This document shows positions 8,708-17,253 of a DNA stretch of 27,823 nucleotides, in pieces. Position 1 is the stretch's first letter. Every line of letters starts with the position of its first letter. Position numbers and translations under genes: made by a program. Source of the stretch: a candidate division Zixibacteria bacterium 4484_93 (GTDB lineage Bacteria; UBP14; UBA6098; 4484-93); the NCBI GenBank assembly GCA_002085385.1, contig NATO01000038.1:1-27823 (forward strand), read 5' to 3'. The notes under the pieces are model-generated. The model was not told the origin of the DNA. It saw only the letters and a program-made list of their open reading frames with translations, and did no database searches.

Positions 8708-10197
8708 TTCTCTTTCTGCTCCTTCGCCCAGTCTATAACCACTTCTTTATCGCTGAAGTGGATGGTTCTGTCGGCAAATATCTGGTAATCTTCATGCCCC
8801 TTTCCCGCTATGACAACGATATCATCCGAAGAAGCAGTCGAGAGGGCATACCGAATCGCCTCCCGCCTGTCTATGATTGCCACATACGAGAATTTCGGTG
8901 GGATACCAGATGTTATCTCATCCACGATGCTTTCCGGGTCCTCACTCCTTGGATTATCCGATGTAACGACTGCAAGGTCGGCAACCTCAGCCGCAATCTT
9001 CCCCATAATCGGACGCTTCGCTTTTTCTCTGTCTCCCCCACAACCGAACACAACTATCAGTCTCCCCCTTGTGACCTCTTTCAGTGTTAGAAGAAGATTT
9101 TTCAGTGCATCGGGTGTGTGTGCATAATCGATGAATACCCCCGTTCCCCTTACCTCCTTCACTCGCTCCAACCTCCCGGGGGGAGAGACAAATGTTGGAA
9201 TAGCACGGCATATCGCATCCCTGTCGAGCCCAAGAGCAAAGCAAGCTGCCACTGCAGAGACTGTGTTGTATATATTAAATTTACCCAGAAGCTGGGTTCC
9301 TATCGAACAATACATATCCTTGTGCCTGATAGAAAGGGTTGTTCCCTCATCGGTTAAGGAGAACCTGGAAACGAAGAAATCTGCAGTAGGGTTCTCGAGC
9401 GAATATGTCCAGACCCTATCCCCGGCGACATCAACAATCCGCCTACCATAAGGGTCATCTATGTTCACGATGGCGAGGCTATCGGGGGAAAGTGTGGAGA
9501 AGAGCCTCTTCTTCGCCTCGAAGTAGCTCTCCATATCGCCGTGGTAATCGAGGTGGTCCTCCGACCCGTGGTAATCGAGGTGGTCCTCCGACAGGTTCGT
9601 GAAGACCGCAACCCGAAATTCTATCCCCGCTATTCGCCTCTGAACTATCGAATGGGAGGATGCCTCCATAGCCACAATCTCGACGCCGGATGATACCATA
9701 TCGTGCAGGATTCCGAACAGACTCACAGGGTTGGGGGTTGTCAGGTCCGTCCTGACAAATCTATCTCCTATATTGTATCCGAGTGTCCCTATGACTGATG
9801 CTCTGACGCCGGACGATTCAAATATGTGTCTTATAAAGCTGGTAACGGTCGTTTTACCGTTTGTGCCGGTGACAGCTATCATCCGAAGCTTTGTATCTGG
9901 TATGTCAAAGAAGCCGCGGGCAAGTAGTGCAAGCGCTTCCCTGGTGTCTGGAACAATAACTTTCACCGGCAAATCCAGGGGAATATCCCTCTCAAGAACA
10001 AACAGTCGGCATCCTCTTTCCAGTGCATCCTGAATGAATGTATGTCCATCTGCTTTCTCGCCGCGAATAGCAACGAACAGGGAATTACTTCCTGCCTTGC
10101 GGGAGTCACAGACAATATCTTCAATGTTCACTCCTTCTATTTCACCAACAATCTGTTTTTCTGGAAGAAAGTCGATTAGACGCTTTAGGTTTTTCAT
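8689..10197 (-). CDS. murE: UDP-MurNAc-dipeptide--meso-diaminopimelate ligase (carries a 9-aa tandem duplication)
   Basis: GTNGKTT, MEASSH, TNLSEDHLDYHG, DYAHTPD, FGCGGDR, DNPR (meso-DAP specificity motif), AGKGHEDYQ. Confidence 0.96.
   Translation of the reverse strand: MKNLKRLIDFLPEKQIVGEIEGVNIEDIVCDSRKAGSNSLFVAIRGEKADGHTFIQDALERGCRLFVLERDIPLDLPVKVIVPDTREALALLARGFFDIPDTKLRMIAVTGTNGKTTVTSFIRHIFESSGVRASVIGTLGYNIGDRFVRTDLTTPNPVSLFGILHDMVSSGVEIVAMEASSHSIVQRRIAGIEFRVAVFTNLSEDHLDYHGSEDHLDYHGDMESYFEAKKRLFSTLSPDSLAIVNIDDPYGRRIVDVAGDRVWTYSLENPTADFFVSRFSLTDEGTTLSIRHKDMYCSIGTQLLGKFNIYNTVSAVAACFALGLDRDAICRAIPTFVSPPGRLERVKEVRGTGVFIDYAHTPDALKNLLLTLKEVTRGRLIVVFGCGGDREKAKRPIMGKIAAEVADLAVVTSDNPRSEDPESIVDEITSGIPPKFSYVAIIDRREAIRYALSTASSDDIVVIAGKGHEDYQIFADRTIHFSDKEVVIDWAKEQKEKWNRSR
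9539..9592. repeat. Perfect 27-bp tandem duplication inside murE
   Basis: ccgtggtaatcgaggtggtcctccgac occurs at 9539-9565 and 9566-9592; it encodes SEDHLDYHG twice. Confidence 0.97.
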
Positions 10198-12296
10198 CAG
10201 GGCACCTCACAGATGAGAAGGCAAGGGGTTTTCCTGTCCACAAGGATGCCTGGTTTGGGTATCTGCTGTCTGACAATCCCGGAGCCAACAACCCTGATTG
10301 GTATCCCGAAGATATCAGCTGCTCTCATCGCCTCACGGAGTGTAAGTCCCTCAAGCGTTGGCATCTCCAGCCGCTCTCTGTCGAGCTTCCCGGCACCAAG
10401 GTAAAGAAAGACGGTATCCACCTTACCACAGGCGGGGTTCTGATTGAGGACGATATCTCCCTTTCCAAGAAAGACTACAGGGAGCTCGATGCTTTTTGAA
10501 AGCTCTTCCGCCTGGAATCTCGTAAGCCCGACAAAGTTTGGGGTATTCTCATGCTCAGAAGGGTTCGTTGTATCCGCAAAGGTGCAATTTCTTATCATTC
10601 CGGATGCTGCTGCCCGATAAAATATCTGCCGAACAACCGGAGCAGCCACCGTTCCACCAAAGTATTTCCCCTTCGGATGCCTGACAACGACATAGGCAAC
10701 CATCTCAGGAGAATCAGCAGGAACCATCCCAACAAACGATGCAGTGTAGCCACCAGAGATTTTGTCATATCCTCTTTTCCCCTTAGCAATCTGGGCGGTT
10801 CCCGTCTTACCGGCAACAGGGATGCCAGGGATTTTTGCCTTTGTTCCCGTTCCTCTTTCAACCACCTCTGTCAATATCTGACGGAGTGAATCTGCTGTCT
10901 CTTTATCTATCACCCTCCTGATAGCGTGCGGTGAGTTCTCAAAGATGACTCCATCCTCCGATGCAATCTGGCTAACAATATATGGTCTCCACAGAATTCC
11001 CCCGTTTGCAACTGCAGAGTATGCATTGGCTATCTGAAGAGCAGTGACATCCACCTCATATCCAATGGCCATATAGCTCATAGAGACACCTGTCCAGTTC
11101 TTCGGCATCTCAAGCCACCCGGAAACCTCGCCGGGGGAATCGATACCCGTTTTCGCACCGAACCCGTAGGCACGAGCCATATCGTAAAACTTGTCTTTCG
11201 GGACCGAGGAGGAGATGTTCACTGTTCCGACATTTATCGATTTTACGAAGCAGTCATATCCTGTTTCCCTGTGATACTTGTGGTGGTCGGTTATCTTGCA
11301 GTCGTATATCTGCATAACGCCATCTCCGCAATCGACAGTGTCGGTCAGGTCAAATGTGGAATACTGTATCACAGAGGAGGCACATACCAGCTTGAACACA
11401 GAGCCTGGCTCAAACCTATCCATTATTACCCGATTTCTCAGGCTGGTGCTGTCCTTACGCATTATCCTATTCGGGTCGAATGTAGGGTAGGTTGCCATTG
11501 CCAGCACCTTACCGGTTCTCGGGTCCAGCACGACTGCTCGAACATCCTCCGGATGCCACTTTTTGTATGCACTCTCAAGCTCCTCTTCGACTATCCTCTG
11601 GAGTTGGATATCAACGGTCAGCTTCACATCCGCCCCAGAAATAGGCCAAGAAAGTTTCCTCCGAAAGACAGTATGAGGACGTCTCAAGGCATCCACAAAA
11701 ATCTCAACCTTACCATCGGTTCCAGCAAGGAAATCTTCATACTGCCTCTCCACACCATCTTTGCCGTGCCTTTTCTCATCCGTGTAGCCTATAACCTGCG
11801 AAAGGAGAGCCCCATGTGGGTAGTATCGCTTGTAGCTTATCTGTTTGTGTATACCAGAATAAAGATATCTCTTCTCAATGCGTTCCTTAAGTTCCTGGAT
11901 TGCTCTGGATGTTTCGAGGGAAGCATCTTCGACCAGAGTATAGTAACCGCCATATCTTTTCATCAGCCTCGTCATAGTATCAGAAGGGACGGAGAGGATT
12001 TTTGCGAGCCCGCAGGCAACGGAGTCAAAGGCATCCGCATCCTCTATTTCCATAGCAGAAAGGTAGAATGATTCAGTTAATTTGTCCTCAGCCAGTACCT
12101 CTCCATTGGCGTCAAGTATCCTGCCACGGCGAGCGGGGATAATTCTTATCTGGCTCTGCTGCCTGTGCGCACGTTCCCGCAAATTTCTTTTATCGATTAT
12201 CTGGACGGAAAAAAGCCTTATCCAGAGGGCAACAACCAGAGCAAACATTAGCAGGAAAAACAGAACAAATCTCCTGCTATCCGTCCGAGAAATCAT
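10197..12296 (-). CDS. ftsI: Class B penicillin-binding protein FtsI/PBP3 with two C-terminal PASTA-like domains
   Basis: N-terminal TM, RGRILDANG, SxxK (EPGSVFK), SxN (KSIN), KTG (GKTGTAQ), then two PASTA-like repeats (TPNFVGLT..., MPTLEGLT...). Confidence 0.94.
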   Translation of the reverse strand: MISRTDSRRFVLFFLLMFALVVALWIRLFSVQIIDKRNLRERAHRQQSQIRIIPARRGRILDANGEVLAEDKLTESFYLSAMEIEDADAFDSVACGLAKILSVPSDTMTRLMKRYGGYYTLVEDASLETSRAIQELKERIEKRYLYSGIHKQISYKRYYPHGALLSQVIGYTDEKRHGKDGVERQYEDFLAGTDGKVEIFVDALRRPHTVFRRKLSWPISGADVKLTVDIQLQRIVEEELESAYKKWHPEDVRAVVLDPRTGKVLAMATYPTFDPNRIMRKDSTSLRNRVIMDRFEPGSVFKLVCASSVIQYSTFDLTDTVDCGDGVMQIYDCKITDHHKYHRETGYDCFVKSINVGTVNISSSVPKDKFYDMARAYGFGAKTGIDSPGEVSGWLEMPKNWTGVSMSYMAIGYEVDVTALQIANAYSAVANGGILWRPYIVSQIASEDGVIFENSPHAIRRVIDKETADSLRQILTEVVERGTGTKAKIPGIPVAGKTGTAQIAKGKRGYDKISGGYTASFVGMVPADSPEMVAYVVVRHPKGKYFGGTVAAPVVRQIFYRAAASGMIRNCTFADTTNPSEHENTPNFVGLTRFQAEELSKSIELPVVFLGKGDIVLNQNPACGKVDTVFLYLGAGKLDRERLEMPTLEGLTLREAMRAADIFGIPIRVVGSGIVRQQIPKPGILVDRKTPCLLICEVP

Positions 12297-12297
12297 C

Positions 12298-12699
12298 CTA
12301 AATCTCCCAGATACCTTTCAGCTTCTCCCGCTCAAAGACAAAACTCACTGCCCTCTTGAAACTTGACTTTATCCTGGCAAAAAGAGAGAGCTTATCCACT
12401 GGGGCTGTGGCTTTTCTCTCTCTGTGAACAACCTGCTCTATCCTCACATCACTCAAATGGAAATCCCTCTCGGCAATCCCCTTGATACGCTCTCTTGACT
12501 TGAGCTGCTCGACCGACTCCTCGAGGCTGGATCTGATGTCCTGAAGCTCAGACAGACGACGGCTCTTGCGAACAATTATCTCCTCCCGGGAAAGCAGATA
12601 TACACGCTCGGCGGTATACAGCAAACCCACTCCTACCAGAAGGAGAAAGTAAATAAAACTTCGAAGCAGCTTATTCAATCCGGGGTAATTACACTCCAT
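12298..12699 (-). CDS. ftsL: Cell division protein FtsL
   Basis: Lies between rsmH and ftsI; one TM helix, a coiled coil, then LKSRERIKGIAERDFHL (FtsL-type ERIxxIA signature). Confidence 0.8.
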   Translation of the reverse strand: MECNYPGLNKLLRSFIYFLLLVGVGLLYTAERVYLLSREEIIVRKSRRLSELQDIRSSLEESVEQLKSRERIKGIAERDFHLSDVRIEQVVHRERKATAPVDKLSLFARIKSSFKRAVSFVFEREKLKGIWEI

Positions 12700-12744
12700 T
12701 ATGCCTGCCTTTATCTTTTCCCAAAAGCAGGATACCGGAGCCCC

Positions 12745-13632
12745 TCACACTTTGCGTAGGATACAACGTAGCTTGGCGGAGCGAGAATGCCTGTTCTCCT
12801 GAACCTCAGATATTCCAGGGGAAACAGGCTTCTCCGTCAGAGCCAAGAACCCACCAGAGGATACGAGTTCCTTAAACCTTCTCTTCACTATCCTGTCCTC
12901 GAGGGAGTGATAGGAAATGACACATATCCGCCCGTTCGGGTTCAGAAGGTCGGGCAGAACAGAAAGAGCAGTTGCAAGGTTCCCAAGCTCATCGTTGACG
13001 AATATTCTCAGAGCCTGAAACACACGAGACAAACTCTTTACTGCTCCTCTCCCGGGAATAGACGAGGCAACAATTTTTGCGAGCTCATCGGAGGTTTCAA
13101 TGGATGACCTCTTTCTTCTCGCAACAATTTTTTTTGCTATCTGTCGGGAAAAGCGCTCCTCTCCAAAGCGATAAAATATATCCGATAACATCTTCTCTCC
13201 GAAGCGGTTAACGACATCATACGCTGAATATCTTGCTCCCTTACCGAACCTCATATCAAGCCGAGAACTCGACCTGTAAGAGAAACCTCTATCGGAAGCA
13301 AGCTGGAAACTGGATAATCCGAGGTCAAGTAAAACACCATCAACCCTGGCTATACCAAACCGGGAAAGTATCTTTGGGGTATCTACAAAATTCCCCTCAA
13401 CGAGTGTAACCCTCTCTCCATACTCTCTGAGGTTATGTTTTGCGGTTTCAAGAGCAGCTCTATCGAGGTCTATCCCCAGCACCCTGCTTTCACTTGTCAA
13501 TGAACTAAGAATCTCCTTCGTATGTCCGCCTAAACCAACCGTGGCGTCGACATAGACCCCAGGGTCATTTCCAATAAGGTAAAACAACACCTCATTGACC
13601 ATCACCGGCTGGTGCTGTATGCTCTTTTTCAT
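12745..13632 (-). CDS. rsmH: 16S rRNA m4C1402 methyltransferase RsmH (MraW)
   Basis: HQPVM, DATVGLGGH, DLGLSSFQL, LDMR, SYHSLEDRIVK, SRSAKLR. Start re-placed at ATG 13632, overlapping the mraZ 3' end by 41 bp. Confidence 0.96.
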   Translation of the reverse strand: MKKSIQHQPVMVNEVLFYLIGNDPGVYVDATVGLGGHTKEILSSLTSESRVLGIDLDRAALETAKHNLREYGERVTLVEGNFVDTPKILSRFGIARVDGVLLDLGLSSFQLASDRGFSYRSSSRLDMRFGKGARYSAYDVVNRFGEKMLSDIFYRFGEERFSRQIAKKIVARRKRSSIETSDELAKIVASSIPGRGAVKSLSRVFQALRIFVNDELGNLATALSVLPDLLNPNGRICVISYHSLEDRIVKRRFKELVSSGGFLALTEKPVSPGISEVQENRHSRSAKLRCILRKV

Positions 13633-14104
13633 CCGAATCGAGACCGAGCAAACTGCCAAAGAAAAGCTTGCCCCCCCTGTCGAAACCGCCTCTACCTTTA
13701 TAATTCTTGATATACTCACTATATCTATCAGGATTCCAAAGCTCAATCCATCTGCCGACAGCGATTATCAGAACAGGAGCTCCCTTCGAGAGCCCAGCCT
13801 TCTCTAACAGCTTGCCCGGTATGGTGATACGGTTTTTATTTTGATATTCTACATTAACAGGATGAATGTTCGATATAAGCTCCCTGAAAAGATACAACCT
13901 ATCCTCCATCCCAAGCCCCGATGTGGAGAACCCGGAGAGAAACTTCTCAAGGTCACCGGCGGGAAACATTGCCAGGCAACCGTCCACACCAACGGTTATG
14001 TTGAACTTGAACTGCAGTTGCCCCGAGGATTTCTCGAGCATCTTGGCAGGAATACTCGTTCGTCCCTTGTCATCGAGGGTATGTTCAGCCCTGCCAATGA
14101 ACAT
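13592..14104 (-). CDS. mraZ: Division/cell-wall cluster transcriptional repressor MraZ
   Basis: MFIG-x-A-EHTLDDKGRTSIP start, GVDGCL, RITIP, IELWNP; first gene of the dcw operon. Confidence 0.88.
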   Translation of the reverse strand: MFIGRAEHTLDDKGRTSIPAKMLEKSSGQLQFKFNITVGVDGCLAMFPAGDLEKFLSGFSTSGLGMEDRLYLFRELISNIHPVNVEYQNKNRITIPGKLLEKAGLSKGAPVLIIAVGRWIELWNPDRYSEYIKNYKGRGGFDRGGKLFFGSLLGLDSDEKEHTAPAGDGQ

Positions 14105-14114
14105 TCAGGCTTTT

Positions 14115-14151
14115 CTCCATTTTGTTAAACTTTTTCTCCATTCTTACCCAC
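14115..14151 (-). promoter_or_regulatory. Putative MraZ operator (TGG[GA] direct repeats)
   Basis: Minus strand reads gTGGGTaagaaTGGAGaaaaagtttaacaaaaTGGAGaaaa, with repeats at 14150, 14140 and 14119 (10- and 21-bp spacing), resembling known MraZ boxes. The last repeat may also serve as the RBS. Confidence 0.55.
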
Positions 14152-14155
14152 AAGC

Positions 14156-14183
14156 AATTTAAACGCTCATTCCTGAAAGTCAA
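14156..14183 (-). promoter_or_regulatory. Sigma70-type promoter of the dcw operon
   Basis: TTGACT-N16-TAAATT immediately upstream of the putative MraZ boxes. Confidence 0.6.
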
Positions 14184-14366
14184 GAATTTTTTTCAATCTT
14201 TTCTGATTTTCTTCACAGAAAGTTATACTTCAGGAGATGCTCATAACCTTTTGCTGCACAAACAGATAGCCTACATTATTAGTCGAACAATGGAAAGAAA
14301 GGGGCAAAAAAATTCTGCCAGTTACCAGACCCTATAGAAACTTATTACACCAATTACAAAAAACAT

Positions 14367-14394
14367 TTGACTTATTAAGGGAAAAACATAGATT
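14367..14394 (+). promoter_or_regulatory. Sigma70-type promoter of the por operon
   Basis: TTGACT-N16-TAGATT, followed by AAGGAG/GAGG SD-like sequence before ATG 14445. Confidence 0.6.
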
Positions 14395-14444
14395 GAATTA
14401 AAGCAGGTTTGTGAATTTTGGAACATAGTTGAAAGGAGTGAGGT

Positions 14445-15014
14445 ATGGGAATGCTGGAGATACGTTGGCACGGCAGAGGAGGTCAGGGTGCGAAAACTGC
14501 ATCGACCTTGCTTGCCGCCGTCGCCATCGAGGAGGGGAAATATGGCCAGGGTTTCCCCGAATATGGCCCTGAAAGGGGCGGTGCCCCGATGAAAGGGTTC
14601 ACGAGGATATCGGACGAACCCATAAGATACCATTGCGGCGTCTATCATCCTGGCATAGTGGTTGTGCTTGACCCGACCCTTTTGCCGCTCGTCGATGTTA
14701 CCGAGGGGTTGAAGGAGGATGGCTCTCTGCTCATCAACACTCCGCTTTCACCGAATGAGGTGAGAAAAAGGTATGGGTTGAATGTAGAAAAACTTTACAC
14801 AATCGATGCAACAAAGATATCCCTCGAGGAGATAGGTAAGCCCATTCCAAACACACCGATGCTCGGTGCACTAATCAAGGCTATGGGCGGAATGATTTCC
14901 TTAGAGACTGTCCTCGGCGATATAAGAAAGAAGTTTGCAAGGAAGTTCCCTGAGAAGATTATTCAGGGGAATCTCAACGCCGTTAAGCGTGCTTACGAGG
15001 AGGTGAAGATATAA
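14445..15014 (+). CDS. porC: 2-oxoacid (pyruvate/ketoisovalerate):ferredoxin oxidoreductase, gamma subunit
   Basis: EIRWHGRGGQGAKTA, FPEYGPERGGAP, PNTPMLGAL; 189 aa. The substrate cannot be fixed from sequence alone. Confidence 0.93.
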   Translation: MGMLEIRWHGRGGQGAKTASTLLAAVAIEEGKYGQGFPEYGPERGGAPMKGFTRISDEPIRYHCGVYHPGIVVVLDPTLLPLVDVTEGLKEDGSLLINTPLSPNEVRKRYGLNVEKLYTIDATKISLEEIGKPIPNTPMLGALIKAMGGMISLETVLGDIRKKFARKFPEKIIQGNLNAVKRAYEEVKI

Positions 15015-15319
15015 TGGCAAAAGAGAAAGGCTGGAAAGATGTTCCTATGGCGGGGCTCATCGTTGAGCCGGGGAACTCCGTAGAATATAAGACGGGAAGT
15101 TGGAGGAGTTATCGCCCTGTCTGGCATCCGGAAAACTGCATCCATTGTCTATTCTGCTTTTACTACTGTCCTGACTCGGCGATTACGGTCAAGGATGGGA
15201 AGATGACAGGGATAAACTATGATTTCTGCAAGGGCTGTGGAATCTGCGTTACCGAGTGTCCTACAAAGCCAGAGAAACCTGCCCTCGAACTCAAACTTGA
15301 ATCGGAATTTATCGAATGA
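15014..15319 (+). CDS. porD: 2-oxoacid:ferredoxin oxidoreductase, delta subunit (2x[4Fe-4S])
   Basis: KTGSWRSYRP, CIHCLFCFYYCP and CKGCGICVTECP; TAATG coupling to porC. Confidence 0.94.
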   Translation: MAKEKGWKDVPMAGLIVEPGNSVEYKTGSWRSYRPVWHPENCIHCLFCFYYCPDSAITVKDGKMTGINYDFCKGCGICVTECPTKPEKPALELKLESEFIE

Positions 15320-15332
15320 AAGGAGAAAACAA

Positions 15333-16517
15333 GTGGCTAAAAATCTTTTGGCACTGACAGGGAACGACGCTGGGGCATACGCTGTAAAGCAGGTGCAGCC
15401 GGATGTCGCCGCTGTCTTCCCAATTACCCCACAGACAGAGCTTATGCACAAGGTGGCCGAGTATGTTGCCGATGGGGTAATAGACACAGAGCTTATAACC
15501 GTTGAGTCGGAGCATTCTGCAATGAGTGCGACCGTTGGAGCAGCAGCCGGGGGAGCAAGAACATTCACCGCAACAGCAGCAAACGGGTTCGCTCTTATGT
15601 GGGAGATTGTCTACATCGCATCGTCGCTGAGACTACCCATCGTTATGGCTCTCGTCAATAGGGCGTTATCCGCTCCCATCAACATCCACGGAGACCACTC
15701 CGACAGTATGGGTGGACGAGATACCGGCTGGATTCAATTTTACTCCGAGGGTGCACAGGAGGTCTACGATAACCTCATTCAGGCATACAGGATTGCCGAG
15801 CATAAGGATGTCCTGCTTCCTGTTATGGCGACATTCGATGGCTTCATCATCTCACACACAACGGAGATTGTAGATACATTAACTGACGACACGGTAAGAA
15901 AATTTGTCGGTGAGTATAAGCCGGCATACAGTCTATTGGACATAGACCATCCCATAACAGTTGGGCCACTCGACCTATATGACTGGTATTTTGAGCACAA
16001 GCGCAGCCAGATAGAAGCTACCAAACACGCAAGGAAGGTCATCCTCGATGTGGCGGATGAGTTCTACAAGCTGACCGGAAGAAAATATGGATATTTCGAT
16101 GAATACAGGATAGATGATGCGGAAGCAGTTATCGTTGTGCTTGGAAGTGCCGCGGGAACGACAAAATGCGTTGTCGACAAGATGAGAAAAGAAGGGAAGA
16201 AGGTCGGTGTTCTGAAACTCCGCGTCTTCAGACCGTTCCCGGCAGAGGAAATCGCCAATGCACTCAAGGATGTTCCTGTCGTCGGAGTGCTGGATAGAAT
16301 GGTATCGTTCGGTGGCTGGGGTGGTCCCGTGTTCAACGAGCTGCGTTCCGCTATGTATAATATGGAAAAGAGACCTGAGGTCGTCAACTACCACTATGGA
16401 CTCGGTGGACGGGACATCAATACGGAACAGATAGAAGAGACATTCAACACACTCCTGGAAATCGCTGAAACAGGAGAGGTCAAGGAGCGGTTTGGATACA
16501 TCGGACTGAGAGAATAG
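15333..16517 (+). CDS. porA: 2-oxoacid:ferredoxin oxidoreductase, alpha subunit
   Basis: GTG start with AAGGAG RBS; GNDAGA, FPITPQT, ESEHSAMS, NRALSAPINIHGDHSD, DGFIISH, GLGGRD; 394 aa. Confidence 0.94.
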   Translation: MAKNLLALTGNDAGAYAVKQVQPDVAAVFPITPQTELMHKVAEYVADGVIDTELITVESEHSAMSATVGAAAGGARTFTATAANGFALMWEIVYIASSLRLPIVMALVNRALSAPINIHGDHSDSMGGRDTGWIQFYSEGAQEVYDNLIQAYRIAEHKDVLLPVMATFDGFIISHTTEIVDTLTDDTVRKFVGEYKPAYSLLDIDHPITVGPLDLYDWYFEHKRSQIEATKHARKVILDVADEFYKLTGRKYGYFDEYRIDDAEAVIVVLGSAAGTTKCVVDKMRKEGKKVGVLKLRVFRPFPAEEIANALKDVPVVGVLDRMVSFGGWGGPVFNELRSAMYNMEKRPEVVNYHYGLGGRDINTEQIEETFNTLLEIAETGEVKERFGYIGLRE

Positions 16518-16526
16518 GAGGGAAAA

Positions 16527-17198
16527 ATGGCAATAAATATCAAGAAGCTTGCAAATGAGCCGGAACTTCTGGCAAGCGGTCATAGAGCCTGTGTTGGATG
16601 CACCGGCGCAACAATCATAAGGCAGGTTCTAAGGGCAGCCGGACCCGACACCGTAATCTCCTTTGCAACAGGATGTATGGAGGTTGTAACAACTATATAT
16701 CCATACACTGCCTGGCGGGTTCCATATATCCACAATGCGTTTGAGAATGCAGCAGCGACAATATCCGGCGTCGAGACGGCATACAGAGCACTCCTGAAGA
16801 AGGGAAAGATAGACAAAAAGATAAACTTCATTGCATTCGGTGGAGATGGCGGAACATACGACATCGGGCTGCAATCGCTGTCAGGGGCACTGGAGCGTGG
16901 ACATAACTTCCTGTATATCTGCTACGACAATGAGGCATATATGAATACCGGCATCCAGCGTTCAGGGGCAACACCGAGGGGAGCCGCAACATCAACAACA
17001 CCTGCCGGAAAGGTTATCCCCGGCAAGCCGCAGAACAGAAAAGACCTAACAGCAGTCATTGCTGGACATCATATCCCTTATGTTCAGGGACGGTTCAAAC
17101 ATCTGTTTATACCCAAAAACAGGTATATTATCGATGAGCTGCAGGCAGAAGTCGATAAGAACTGGGAAGAACTGAAGAAGAAAGCAGGGGTAGAATAA
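16527..17198 (+). CDS. porB: 2-oxoacid:ferredoxin oxidoreductase, beta (TPP-binding) subunit with an apparent in-frame internal deletion
   Basis: [41 protein letters not shown] runs straight into QGRFKHL; 223 aa versus roughly 300+ aa typical. Confidence 0.88.
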   Translation: MAINIKKLANEPELLASGHRACVGCTGATIIRQVLRAAGPDTVISFATGCMEVVTTIYPYTAWRVPYIHNAFENAAATISGVETAYRALLKKGKIDKKINFIAFGGDGGTYDIGLQSLSGALERGHNFLYICYDNEAYMNTGIQRSGATPRGAATSTTPAGKVIPGKPQNRKDLTAVIAGHHIPYVQGRFKHLFIPKNRYIIDELQAEVDKNWEELKKKAGVE

Positions 17199-17253
17199 AA
17201 TCGCACTTTATTCCTGTCTAACTAAATAGCCGGAAGAACCCAAACAGCAAGTC

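Noticed and set aside
9539-9592. The murE repeat as a CRISPR remnant or VNTR
   Set aside because: Only two abutting copies with no spacer, and the unit is native MurE coding sequence.
12700-12747. rsmH TGA followed by a 45-nt open in-frame spacer to ftsL (possible readthrough or selenocysteine fusion), with a weak CTTTT-GGG-AAAAG hairpin
   Set aside because: An in-frame gap has a 1-in-3 chance, there is no SECIS-like structure, RsmH is already complete, and the fusion has no precedent I know of.
14144-14152. DnaA-box-like TTACCCACA at the dcw start site (DnaA represses the equivalent operon in Bacillus subtilis)
   Set aside because: It is a single 8/9 match and is better explained as the complement of the first MraZ box.
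14105-14444. 340-bp intergenic region as a possible ncRNA or riboswitch
   Set aside because: It is AT-rich, largely accounted for by two divergent promoters, and shows no stable stems or known RNA motif that I can see.
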